Translations under genes and position numbers: made by a program
Source of the DNA: Candidatus Eiseniibacteriota bacterium
Lineage (GTDB): Bacteria; Eisenbacteria; RBG-16-71-46; DASYSL01
Direction: 5' to 3'
DNA: 64,000 nucleotides
Assembly (NCBI GenBank): GCA_050733935.1
Contig: JBOHUC010000098.1
Location: forward strand, 11,033-75,032
In this document: in pieces, positions 18,718 through 27,974 of the stretch
Layout of the letters: every line of letters starts with the position of its first letter
Position numbering within the stretch: the first letter of the stretch is position 1
Notes under the pieces: model-generated
The model's database searches: none
Told to the model about the DNA's origin: nothing
The model's input: the letters and a program-made list of their open reading frames with translations, nothing else

Positions 18718-21700
18718 CTACCTCCACTCGCCTGCGCCGATGAACGCTCCCCAGATCGCGGGGTCGGGCTCGGCGCCGCGCCGGCGCAATCGCTCGAGCA
18801 GCGCGAGGCTTGCGGCCCGCACCGATTCGGCGGTCGACAGGCCGCGTGCGAACCGCGCCTCGTAGAGCGCCGCCATCCACTGGCGCGCGGCCGCATCTTC
18901 GACCGGCCAGAGGCTCATGACGAGGCTCCGGGCGCCCGCGATCGAGAACGCGCGGCGCAATCCGAACACGCCTTCGCCGGGCCTGACGTCTCCGACGCCG
19001 GTGTCGCACGCCGAGAGCACGACCCAGTCGACCGCGCGCAAATCAACCATCGAGATTTCTTCCGAGGTGAGGATGCCGTCGTCCTCGCCCGGCGCGGGCA
19101 GCGCGTGCCGGTTTGCGCCGGCGAACGCGAGCCCCGAGATCCGGAGCGGACTCTCCTCGCACTGATCACCCACGAAGAAGCCGTGCGTCGCGAGATGGAG
19201 GACGCGATGTCCCGGAGCGAGCGTCTTGAACTCTTCCTCGCCGGCCTGCGCTCCCAGGAGCAGGGTCGTCTTCGAGCCGTCGGTCGACGTCCGCCAGTGT
19301 TTCGCGATTTCGCGTCCTTCGAGCTCGGCGGCTTGCAAGGGCTCGAAGCGAGTTTCCGAGAGTCGCATGCACGTCGGTGGCGGGCCGCGGTACACGTGCG
19401 CGGACGCCCCGCCTGAACCCGGAGAGAGCGGCGAAGCGGTTGCGGCCGCGAGCAGCACGGCCTCCGCCGTGGCATCGAAGTCGGGTGCGGCCACGACGAA
19501 GAGGCCCGTTCCCGGCGAGCCGGCGTCCTTCCGCGGGACGAGGTCGCGCTCGGTCGACAACACGTGGAACAGCGGACCGCGCTCGATGAGGAAGGCGTCG
19601 GCGTCCGCGGGGAGCGCGGCGAAGTTCAAGAGGGCGAGCGCGCCGTCCGGGACCAGAAACACCATGTCCGCGCCCGCGACTCTGGAAGCGATCGGATCCC
19701 ACACAGCTTCACGCAGGCGATCGCCCGGCGATCCGGCGCGCACGCTTGCGCCCGCTTCGCGGTCGGCCGGTGTGCGGACGATCGCATTGCGCCACGCGCT
19801 GATCAACGAATCAATCGTGCTGCACGCGCCGAGCGGGACGATCTCCGGGGTTGCTTCTCCCGATGCGAGCACGAGGGCGGTATAGCGCAACTCCGATTCC
19901 CGCGGTTCGAGGCCGGATCGCTCGGGAACGTGGTGGTACACGGAGAACGCGACCAGGGCAGATCCCTGAGGCAACGCGGCGCGGACCTCCGAGAGTCCGA
20001 GGCGGCTCCGTTCCTGATCGCGGCGAAACGCGAGGCTTCGTTGAGCGAGCTCGCCCTCCAGGCGCTCGATCTCCTGCCGTGATGCGGCGATTGCGCTGTC
20101 GGACTTCACGTCTCCCGGCGTGGCTCTCAGGATCTGGGAGCCGAGCCGGCCGCGCGCGCGCGCGATGCGGCCGAGGAGTTCGCGCGTTTCGGAATCGGAC
20201 GCCGCCGCGATGACCCGCTGCCGTGTTGCCATCTCCTCGAGGATCTCGCCCCGATGGCGCAACACCGCGTCCCACAGGCGATCGCGCACTGTGGTCGGAA
20301 TGCGGGACGGAGGCAACGAGAGCGCGAGGTCGATCGCGAGCGGACGGCTGTCGGCGTAATCGAGCATGGGACGTTCCGCGAGCGTACGGGCGGTGAGCGC
20401 GAGATGTTCGCGCTCGCTCTCCGCAGCGTTGAGGGCAAGGTTGAGCGCCGCGGTTTCGTCACCCTGCGCGTGGCGCAATCGGGCTTCGCGAAACGTGGCC
20501 TCGATCCGGCCGGGATGGTCCGGTCGCGAGATCGCGGATCGAATGTGCTGTTCCTGCGCGAGGCTCGAATCGGCGCCGACGAGATTTCCGCGGCTCAATC
20601 GAATCTCGGTCAGGAATCCGAAGGCCGATGCCGCCGCGGGCATCGACGGGCCTTTCCGGTTCCAGTCGAGGCCGTGGGTGACGAGCGACTCCGCGCGGGC
20701 GAGCTCCCCGGTTCGCCACGCGAGGAGCCCCAGGTTTCCGGTGCTTTCGGCGACGCCGCCCGCATCGCCGATGCGCGTTCGGATCGCGAGCGCGCTGTCA
20801 TGGTAGGCACGCGCTTCGCCGTAGTTCCCCATGAAGTATTCGCTCAACCCAACGTTGTTCATGTAGCGGGCGACGTCGAGGTGATAGAGCCCGTAGGAGC
20901 GCTCCGCCAGGCGCACGCAGCGGCGGAAGACCTGGTTGCACCGGGGCGTGTCGTTGAGCAGTCCGAGCAGAGCGCCCTGCGTGTTGTAGATCCCGAGCAG
21001 ACGCGGATCATCGACGGGCAGGGACTCCTCGGCGATCGCGACCGCGCGCTCGATCTCACGAAGCCCCTCGGCATAGTCCCCGAGGCCACGCGAGATGTTC
21101 GCGATGCTCACGCGCGTCTTCGCCACCGGATAGGAGATGGGCCCGAAGGCCTGCTCGCGCAGGGCGAGACACTCCATGAGCAGAGTCCGGCACGAGTCGA
21201 CCTCCGACAGCACACCGAAGATGATGGCGGCGTTCTCGAGACAATCGGCGCGATCCGCGAGACTCATGGACGGACTTCGGCGCGCGATCGCGAGCGCGCG
21301 CGAAGCGTCTGCCGACGCGCCGAGCGGGTCTCCGAGGCTCAAACGAAGCATCGAATGTCGCGTCAGGACGCGGGCCATGTCGGGAGTGTCGGAGCCGAGC
21401 TCCACTTCCGCGACGGGCAGGAGGCGATCGCTGTACTTGCGAGCGAGCGTGGGGAAGGTCCGGCCGGCGAAGTTCGCGACTAGGCTGTCGAGGAGCACGA
21501 ACCTCTCGTGGCGTGCACGCGCCGAGTTGCCCTTGATCGTGCCCACGAGCGAGTCGGCGAGCCCGCCCGCCGCATCGGCCTGACCCTCGGTGAGGAGCCG
21601 ATCGATGCGCGCGAGCGCCGTGTCGCGGCCGGGATTGCCGGCGGTGGCCGAGGCTGCGATCGCGCTCGACGCCGGCACCATGCAGGCCAGCAGGAGAGCG

Positions 21701-21774
21701 AAGCCGATCGAACTACGGCGGCGGCTAACGAAGTTCGAAGACGTAGAGGGATTCCTCGATCGGCGAGCCGGCAT
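18718..21774 (-). CDS. Secreted TPR-repeat protein with a C-terminal CHAT (caspase-like) protease domain
   Basis: Signal peptide 'IGFALLLACMVPASSAIAASA'; multiple TPR-like repeats; CHAT His/Cys dyad regions 'HLATHGFF' and 'VVLSACDTGVGD'. No canonical start codon lies between the anti-sigma stop and the signal peptide, so the ATG at 21774, overlapping the anti-sigma gene by about 50 nt, is taken as the start. Confidence 0.75.
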   Translation of the reverse strand: MPARRSRNPSTSSNFVSRRRSSIGFALLLACMVPASSAIAASATAGNPGRDTALARIDRLLTEGQADAAGGLADSLVGTIKGNSARARHERFVLLDSLVANFAGRTFPTLARKYSDRLLPVAEVELGSDTPDMARVLTRHSMLRLSLGDPLGASADASRALAIARRSPSMSLADRADCLENAAIIFGVLSEVDSCRTLLMECLALREQAFGPISYPVAKTRVSIANISRGLGDYAEGLREIERAVAIAEESLPVDDPRLLGIYNTQGALLGLLNDTPRCNQVFRRCVRLAERSYGLYHLDVARYMNNVGLSEYFMGNYGEARAYHDSALAIRTRIGDAGGVAESTGNLGLLAWRTGELARAESLVTHGLDWNRKGPSMPAAASAFGFLTEIRLSRGNLVGADSSLAQEQHIRSAISRPDHPGRIEATFREARLRHAQGDETAALNLALNAAESEREHLALTARTLAERPMLDYADSRPLAIDLALSLPPSRIPTTVRDRLWDAVLRHRGEILEEMATRQRVIAAASDSETRELLGRIARARGRLGSQILRATPGDVKSDSAIAASRQEIERLEGELAQRSLAFRRDQERSRLGLSEVRAALPQGSALVAFSVYHHVPERSGLEPRESELRYTALVLASGEATPEIVPLGACSTIDSLISAWRNAIVRTPADREAGASVRAGSPGDRLREAVWDPIASRVAGADMVFLVPDGALALLNFAALPADADAFLIERGPLFHVLSTERDLVPRKDAGSPGTGLFVVAAPDFDATAEAVLLAAATASPLSPGSGGASAHVYRGPPPTCMRLSETRFEPLQAAELEGREIAKHWRTSTDGSKTTLLLGAQAGEEEFKTLAPGHRVLHLATHGFFVGDQCEESPLRISGLAFAGANRHALPAPGEDDGILTSEEISMVDLRAVDWVVLSACDTGVGDVRPGEGVFGLRRAFSIAGARSLVMSLWPVEDAAARQWMAALYEARFARGLSTAESVRAASLALLERLRRRGAEPDPAIWGAFIGAGEWR

Positions 21775-22711
21775 CCGCGGGACGCCGGATGCGGAGCGTG
21801 TAACGTCCCGGCGTAAGAGGAGCGTCGCCACGGTTCAGGACGATGGCACGGCGGACTCCGGCGGGGAACAGCGACTCGACCGACGTGCGAAGAGTGAACC
21901 GGTTGTTTCCTGCATCATCGAGAAGCGAAATCTCGAGCGGGCCTTCTTCTGCCACCGCGAGTGCGCGCGGAGGATCGAACGCGATCGACTGCGCGTCGCC
22001 TGTGAACGCATACGTTGGAGTCGGCGCCGCGGAGCTGCCGCGATAGCTCTCCGGCAACGCGAACGCGTCGGACGGCCGCGGGCCGAGCGCGAGAGAAAGC
22101 CCGCGCGCCGGATCTGACGACGAGGCGGGATGCGATGGATCGGGATGCGACGGGGCCGGAGGCGACGGAGCGGGTGTCGTCGTCCCGCCCGAAGGTCCCG
22201 CTGGGACCTGCACCGTAGGATTCGTCGGCGAGGGCGGGCGCGTTCGCAAGCCCTCGGAGTTGACGAGGATCAGGATGCCGGCCGCGGCCGCAAGCGCTCC
22301 CGCCGAGACGCCGTAAATCCAGTTCCACGCCGGACGTTTCATGGCAGCCGGGGGCGCCGCGTCGCCAACGAGCTCGAGTGCGGGCGGAAGCACCGCGCGC
22401 TGGCCGAGCGCCGTGAGCTCCTCGCGACACGACTCGCAGCGCTCGAGATGCCCCTGCACGAGCTCGCGCATGCCTCCGCGCAAGGTCGGAGCGGTGCGAT
22501 CCCAGGTCGCGATCAGCGTGCTCGGAAGATGATCGCCTCGCGAGCTCGCCTCGTCGTCCGGGCGCAGAGCTTCCGCCGCGGCTCCACAGGTCGGGCACTC
22601 CTCAATGTGCCGATCCATCACATCCTGCATCTCCGGATCGAGGATCCCGGCCGCCCAGGCACCGAGGAGCGCGCGAGCCCGCTCGTGCGGGAGCGTTGCG
22701 CCGCCGCTCAT
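21725..22711 (-). CDS. Anti-sigma factor (zf-HC2 type) with one transmembrane segment and a periplasmic domain
   Basis: 'HIEECPTCG...HLERCESC' zinc-finger, TM 'WNWIYGVSAGALAAAAGILILV', Pro/Ser-rich linker. ATGA overlap with the sigma-factor stop. Confidence 0.7.
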   Translation of the reverse strand: MSGGATLPHERARALLGAWAAGILDPEMQDVMDRHIEECPTCGAAAEALRPDDEASSRGDHLPSTLIATWDRTAPTLRGGMRELVQGHLERCESCREELTALGQRAVLPPALELVGDAAPPAAMKRPAWNWIYGVSAGALAAAAGILILVNSEGLRTRPPSPTNPTVQVPAGPSGGTTTPAPSPPAPSHPDPSHPASSSDPARGLSLALGPRPSDAFALPESYRGSSAAPTPTYAFTGDAQSIAFDPPRALAVAEEGPLEISLLDDAGNNRFTLRTSVESLFPAGVRRAIVLNRGDAPLTPGRYTLRIRRPADAGSPIEESLYVFELR

Positions 22712-23304
22712 GTCGCAAGGCCTTCGAAGTAATCGAGCAGATCGCGGAGCTCTCCGCGGTCGGCCCGCACGTAACTCAGGAACTGCTCGCGGCATCGCTG
22801 CCAGCGTTTCGCGAGCGAGTTCGGCCTTTCCTTGAGACATTCCGCCGCCTCCGCCCAGGATCGGCCGTCGAACACGAACTTCGCGGGATCGAGACAGCGC
22901 GGACTGTGGCGCGCGAACCACTCGCACACCGCGAAACGCCACAGCGCGAGCGCATGCGGATCCACGGTCGAGTCGGGCGGGCTCTCGAGCTCGACATCGT
23001 CCACGTCCACCGCCGTGCCCAGCGCTCCGGTCTCCGCCTTCCGGTGCCGGCAGAAGTCCACCCACGCCCGCCAAGCGATTCGCGACATGAGCGCTTCCAG
23101 GTTGTCTGCGGGGCCACGTCTCAGAGCCCGATCGAGCCGAATCCACGCGTCGGAGGCGATGTCCTCCAGGTCGTCTGCGTACCGACCGCGGGCGAGCGCA
23201 CGAATGCGTGAGCGCAGGAACTGCAACTCGGTGGACGAGTCGCGTGAAGCGCTGGGCGCGTTTGGCGCGTCGGCGGTCGGCAGGGAACCTGCTTCCGTCT
23301 CCAT
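22708..23304 (-). CDS. ECF (sigma-70 family group IV) RNA polymerase sigma factor
   Basis: Region 2-like 'DLEDIASDAWIRLDRAL' and region 4-like 'RSWAEAAECLKERPNSLAKRWQRCREQF'. Start at the internal Met (METEAG). Confidence 0.75.
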   Translation of the reverse strand: METEAGSLPTADAPNAPSASRDSSTELQFLRSRIRALARGRYADDLEDIASDAWIRLDRALRRGPADNLEALMSRIAWRAWVDFCRHRKAETGALGTAVDVDDVELESPPDSTVDPHALALWRFAVCEWFARHSPRCLDPAKFVFDGRSWAEAAECLKERPNSLAKRWQRCREQFLSYVRADRGELRDLLDYFEGLAT

Positions 23305-23475
23305 TTGTCGGCTCCGGAGGGCCTGTGTGACGGAGGAAAGAGCGCGGCAGGGAGCCGCGCCTTCCCGGTTCGGATACGCGTAAGCGACGACAGGGTAAGG
23401 GATTCTACAGCGTGCCCGGGGACGGGCCAAGCTCGATTTGAGGGAAGCACCCTCGTAACGTAGGCTTCGGAGCCT

Positions 23476-25605
23476 ATGTCCGCGCCCCTGGGTCTGGCCC
23501 GTAGAACCGTTCGACTGGTCGCGTACGACGAACGCTGGCCGGAACTGTTCGAGTCCGAGCGTCGTCTGCTGCAAGCGCACCTCGGCGATCACATCGTCGA
23601 GATGGCCCACATCGGAAGCACGGCGATCCCGGGACTCGACGCGAAACCGGTGCTCGATCTCATGGTCGCCGTGCCCTCACTGCGGATCCCGGCGCCCGTC
23701 TACTCGACGCTCGAAGGACTCGGCTACGAGCACCGTCCGCACGACGATGTGCCCGATCGTCTCTTCTTCGCCAAAGGCGGGGCGGAACAGCGAACGCATC
23801 ACCTGTCACTCTGTGAACGGGATTCGCACTTCTGGCGTGCGCACCTCTCGTTTCGGGAGCACCTGCGCCGCCATCCCTCCGTGGCCCACGACTACCTCGA
23901 GCTCAAGCGTGGTCTGGCCGCGCGATTCGCGTCTGATCGTCCCGCGTACACGACGGGGAAGGAGAGCTTCGTCAAGCGTGTGCTCGGGAGCCTTGGCGTA
24001 TTCGTTCTCGGGCTGATCGCTCCTGCGATCCTATCGCTGGCGCTCCTGGTTTTCGGCACGGCCCGGGCTCAAGGTCCCGGCCCACGCGTCGAGATCGAAT
24101 CCGGAATGCTCGAGGGCGCGGCCGCCGACAGCGTCGTCTCGTTCAAGGGAATCCCGTACGCCGCACAACCCGTGGGCGGCCTGCGCTGGCGGCCTCCACA
24201 GCCGATTCAGCCCTGGGCCGGCGTGCGCCAGGCGGGAGCGTTCGGACACGATTGCGTTCAGTTTCCAATTCCGGGCGATGCCGGTGCGAGCGGGGCGGAG
24301 CGCGGCGAAGATTGTCTCATGCTCAACGTGTGGCGGCCCGCTGCGATTCCCGAGGGAGAGAAACTCCCCGTCATGGTCTGGATCCATGGCGGGGGATTTC
24401 TGAACGGCGCCGCCTCGGTGCCGTTCTTCGACGGCAGCCGGTTCGCGCGCGAGGGAATCGTCTTCGTCAGCTTCAACTACCGCCTCGGCCGCCTGGGCTT
24501 CTTCGCGCATCCGGCACTCAGTGCGCGCTCCGAGAGGCCGCTTGCGAACTACGCGTTCATGGACCAGCTCGCTGCCCTGCAGTGGGTGCAACGCAACGTT
24601 CACGCATTTGGCGGTGATCCGCGTCAGGTCACGATCGTCGGCGAGTCGGCCGGCGGTATCTCGGTCGTGCATCTGCTCATGTGGGACAAAGCGCAGGGGC
24701 TCTTTCAGCGTGCGGCCGTCCTCTCGGGCTCCGGACGCAGGTACATGCCCCAGTTCCGGAAGCTCAAGGAAGCGACCGGCCCACTGCCCTCGGCCGAGGC
24801 CGCCGGTGTGGCCTTTGCCGAGAGCGTCGGCGTCCTCGCCACGGGCGAAGCAGGCCTCGAGGCCTTGCGCAAGTTGCCGGCCGAGCGCGTGAACGGGGAC
24901 ATGAGCATGCTCGCGCTCCTTCAGATGTCGCCGACCTACGTCGGCGGACCCGTGAACGACGGCGAGATCGTCACCGCCAAACCCGAAGAGAACATCCGCA
25001 AGAATGAATTCGCAAAGGTGCCGCTTCTGATCGGCACGACCGGCGCCGATCTCCCGGCCGACTTTCCTCCCGACCGAACGCGACCGCTCGACTTCTTCGG
25101 TCCTGATTCCGCGCGTGCGTCCAAGCTCTACGATCCCGACGGAACGATGCCTCCCGACCAGCTCTCCGTCCTCATCGCAGCCGACATGACGATGCACGAG
25201 CCGGCGCGGTTCCTGGCGGAGCGGATGGCTGCTACAGGAGAGCCCACCTGGATCTATCGCTTCGATTACGTTCCCGAATTTCTGCGCGGAAAGATGACCC
25301 ATGCTCCGCACGCCGGAGAGCTCGGCTTCCTGTTCGATCAGCTCGGTGCCCGTTACGGAAAAGGCGCCACCGCGCGCGACCGGGAGATGGCGAAGACCTT
25401 CCACGGATACTTCGTCCGCTTCGTGAAGCACGGCGATCCGAGCGGGCGGGGACTTCCCGCATGGCCGAAGGTCGATCCGTCGCGCGATGATCTCATGATG
25501 TTCGGCGCCGACGGGAAGGCGCGCCTCGACCAGGACCCGTGGGGCGAGCGCCTCCGGCTGGTCACGCGTGCGCAGGAGCGCCGGGGGGCCCCAGCAACGC
25601 GGTAG
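23476..25605 (+). CDS. In-frame fusion of a GrpB/UPF0157 domain (aa 1-175) and a type-B carboxylesterase (para-nitrobenzyl-esterase-like), with an internal signal-peptide-like segment
   Basis: N-terminus matches the GrpB family up to 'KESFVKRVLG'. A hydrophobic 'VFVLGLIAPAILSLALLVFGTARAQG' follows, then esterase motifs 'EDCLMLNVW', 'WIHGGGF', 'GESAGG'. No stop separates the two. An internal GTG at 23980 is an alternative esterase start. Confidence 0.7.
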   Translation: MSAPLGLARRTVRLVAYDERWPELFESERRLLQAHLGDHIVEMAHIGSTAIPGLDAKPVLDLMVAVPSLRIPAPVYSTLEGLGYEHRPHDDVPDRLFFAKGGAEQRTHHLSLCERDSHFWRAHLSFREHLRRHPSVAHDYLELKRGLAARFASDRPAYTTGKESFVKRVLGSLGVFVLGLIAPAILSLALLVFGTARAQGPGPRVEIESGMLEGAAADSVVSFKGIPYAAQPVGGLRWRPPQPIQPWAGVRQAGAFGHDCVQFPIPGDAGASGAERGEDCLMLNVWRPAAIPEGEKLPVMVWIHGGGFLNGAASVPFFDGSRFAREGIVFVSFNYRLGRLGFFAHPALSARSERPLANYAFMDQLAALQWVQRNVHAFGGDPRQVTIVGESAGGISVVHLLMWDKAQGLFQRAAVLSGSGRRYMPQFRKLKEATGPLPSAEAAGVAFAESVGVLATGEAGLEALRKLPAERVNGDMSMLALLQMSPTYVGGPVNDGEIVTAKPEENIRKNEFAKVPLLIGTTGADLPADFPPDRTRPLDFFGPDSARASKLYDPDGTMPPDQLSVLIAADMTMHEPARFLAERMAATGEPTWIYRFDYVPEFLRGKMTHAPHAGELGFLFDQLGARYGKGATARDREMAKTFHGYFVRFVKHGDPSGRGLPAWPKVDPSRDDLMMFGADGKARLDQDPWGERLRLVTRAQERRGAPATR

Positions 25606-25671
25606 ATTCCCGGCTCCCGGTCGCGGTAGGCTCTCCTTGCCTCGTATTGCCCACCCGGGGAGCCAACGTCC

Positions 25672-27960
25672 ATGCGGGATCGTAAGCCTTTGACCGAACG
25701 GCGGCGGGCGGAGAACACCCTCCAGCGCAGCGAGCGCGATCTTTTCGAACTTTTTGAACACGCAAACGTGGGCCTGCATTGGGCGGCCCCGGACGGAACG
25801 ATTCTCCGCGCGAACGAAACCGAGCTCGCGCTCCTCGGTTGTGCGCGCGACGAATACGTCGGGCGGAACATCGCGGAATTCCACGTCGATCCACTCGTAA
25901 TCCAGGAAATTCTCGAGCGACTGGAACGCGGGGAGACGCTGCGTGAGCACCCGGCGCAGATGTGCCGCAAGGACGGATCGATCCGCGACGTCCTGATCAG
26001 CGCGAACATGCTGTTCGAGGGCGGGAAGCTCATCCACATCCGGCGCTTGACGCGGGACGTGACCGACGCCAGGAAAGCGCACGAGACCCGCGAGCTCTTG
26101 AGCTCGATCGTCCAGTCGTCGGACGATGCGATCGTCAGCAAGACGCTCGAGGGAATCGTCCTCACGTGGAATTCGGGCGCCCAGCGGCTGTTCGGATACA
26201 AGCCGGAGGAGATCGTCGGCCGGCCGATCACCCTCATCATTCCGGAAGAGCTGCACGAGGAGGAGCGCTCGATCCTTGCGCGGCTCAGGCGGGGCGAGCG
26301 CATCGACCACTACGAAACCGTCCGCGTGTCGAAGGCGGGCCGGCGAATCGATGTTTCGCTCACGGTCTCGCCCATTCGGGATCCTTCGGGTCGGATCATC
26401 GGCGCGTCCAAGGTGGCGCGCGACATCAGCTGTCGAAAGGCGGCGGCGGAGCAGATTCGCGAGAGCGAAACGCGCTTTCGCGCGTTCGCCGATAGCGCGC
26501 CGGTCCTCATCTGGCTCAACGATCCCACGGGTTGCATCTTCGTGAATCGGGCGTATCTCGACTTCGTGGGCGTTCCGCACCTCGTGGACGTCCGGGGCTA
26601 CAACTGGGCCGAGTTCATTCATCCCGAAGATCGCGACGCCTACGTGGCGCTGTACCTCGATTGTCAGGAGCGGCGCGTCCCGTTCACGGCCGAGTTCCGG
26701 TTTCGACGCCATGACGGTCAGTACCGTTGGATGCACTCGTCCGGCGTGGCGCGGATCTCGAGCTCGGGAGCCTATCTCGGGTACACCGGGTGCACGATGG
26801 ACATCCATGAGGTTCGCATGGCCTCCGAGGCTCTGCACGAGGCCGACCGCCTCAAGAACGAATTCCTGGCGACGCTCGCGCACGAGCTTCGCAATCCGCT
26901 CGCTCCGCTTGCGAACATGCTCGAGGTCATGAAGCGCGCCGATCACGACTCGGAATTGCTGGTCCAGGCCCGGGGGACGATGGAGAGGCAGCTCGCAAGC
27001 CTGGTGCGGCTCGTCGACGACCTGATCGATCTGAGTCGGATCACGCGCAACAAGCTCGAGCTGCGGAGGGAGCGGGTCGATCTCGCGGACGTGATCCGGC
27101 AGGCCGTCGAGACGTGCACCCCGCTCCTCGAGGGATTCCATCACGAGCTCACCGTGACTCTCCCTCCGGAGACGATCTTCGTGCATGCCGACCGCGAACG
27201 CCTGGCGCAGGTGTTCACGAATCTCCTCAACAATGCGTGCAAGTACACCGAGCCCGAGGGCCGATTGAGCCTCTCGGCGACACGACGGGGAATGGAAGTC
27301 GTCGTGAGCGTGAAGGACAACGGCATCGGGATCCCGAAGGAGAAGCTCGCGGGCGTCTTCGACATGTTCACGCAGGTGGACCAGACGTTCGAGCGCACGC
27401 AGGGGGGTCTCGGCGTCGGTCTCTCGCTCGTCCGGCGGCTCGTGGAAATGCACGACGGGACCGTGTCGGCCACGAGCGAGGGTTCGGGACGCGGGAGTGA
27501 GTTCGTCGTGCGGCTTCCTCTCGAGATCCCGGCCCTGCCGGCGGCAGAGGCGCCCCGTGTCCTCGTTGAGAAGCGGGCGGCTCCCCGGCGAATTCTGGTC
27601 GTCGACGACAATCAGGATTCGGCCGCTTCGCTGGCCCTGTTGCTGAGCGTCACCGGCGAGGAGACGCTCATGGCGCATGACGGCATGGCGGCCGTCGAGG
27701 CCGCCGAGCAGTTTCGTCCCGGAGTCGTGCTGCTGGATCTGGGACTCCCCAGGCTCAATGGATTCGACGCCGCGCGCAGCATTCGCGAACAGCCATGGGG
27801 GAAGGACATGATCCTGATCGCACTCACCGGATGGGGCCAGGAGGAGGATCGCCGGAAGTCGCAGGCCGCGGGATTCGACGCTCATCTCGTGAAACCCGTC
27901 GACTACGATGCGCTCATGAAGCTCCTCGCCTCATTGCCCGCGGCGACTCAGGCGACCTGA
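25672..27960 (+). CDS. Hybrid sensor histidine kinase / response regulator (3xPAS-HisKA-HATPase_c-REC)
   Basis: Three PAS-like segments; H-box 'LAHELRNPLAPL'; 'LLNNACKYT', 'DNGIGI'; receiver 'ILVVDDNQDSA...LVKPVDYDALMKLLAS'. Its C-terminal 200 aa are a close paralog of those in 17107..18699. Confidence 0.85.
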   Translation: MRDRKPLTERRRAENTLQRSERDLFELFEHANVGLHWAAPDGTILRANETELALLGCARDEYVGRNIAEFHVDPLVIQEILERLERGETLREHPAQMCRKDGSIRDVLISANMLFEGGKLIHIRRLTRDVTDARKAHETRELLSSIVQSSDDAIVSKTLEGIVLTWNSGAQRLFGYKPEEIVGRPITLIIPEELHEEERSILARLRRGERIDHYETVRVSKAGRRIDVSLTVSPIRDPSGRIIGASKVARDISCRKAAAEQIRESETRFRAFADSAPVLIWLNDPTGCIFVNRAYLDFVGVPHLVDVRGYNWAEFIHPEDRDAYVALYLDCQERRVPFTAEFRFRRHDGQYRWMHSSGVARISSSGAYLGYTGCTMDIHEVRMASEALHEADRLKNEFLATLAHELRNPLAPLANMLEVMKRADHDSELLVQARGTMERQLASLVRLVDDLIDLSRITRNKLELRRERVDLADVIRQAVETCTPLLEGFHHELTVTLPPETIFVHADRERLAQVFTNLLNNACKYTEPEGRLSLSATRRGMEVVVSVKDNGIGIPKEKLAGVFDMFTQVDQTFERTQGGLGVGLSLVRRLVEMHDGTVSATSEGSGRGSEFVVRLPLEIPALPAAEAPRVLVEKRAAPRRILVVDDNQDSAASLALLLSVTGEETLMAHDGMAAVEAAEQFRPGVVLLDLGLPRLNGFDAARSIREQPWGKDMILIALTGWGQEEDRRKSQAAGFDAHLVKPVDYDALMKLLASLPAATQAT

Positions 27961-27974
27961 CCGGGTGACTCCGA

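Noticed and set aside
24031-27885. 1,284-aa minus-strand ORF, plus similar very long antisense ORFs at 6001..7191, 12127..13497, 45968..48778 and 49189..53250
   Set aside because: They lie antisense to well-supported plus-strand genes (carboxylesterase/histidine kinase, M20 peptidase, giant secreted proteins). Their composition is Arg/Ala/Gly/Pro-dominated as expected from stop-poor frames in 69% GC DNA, and they carry no motifs.
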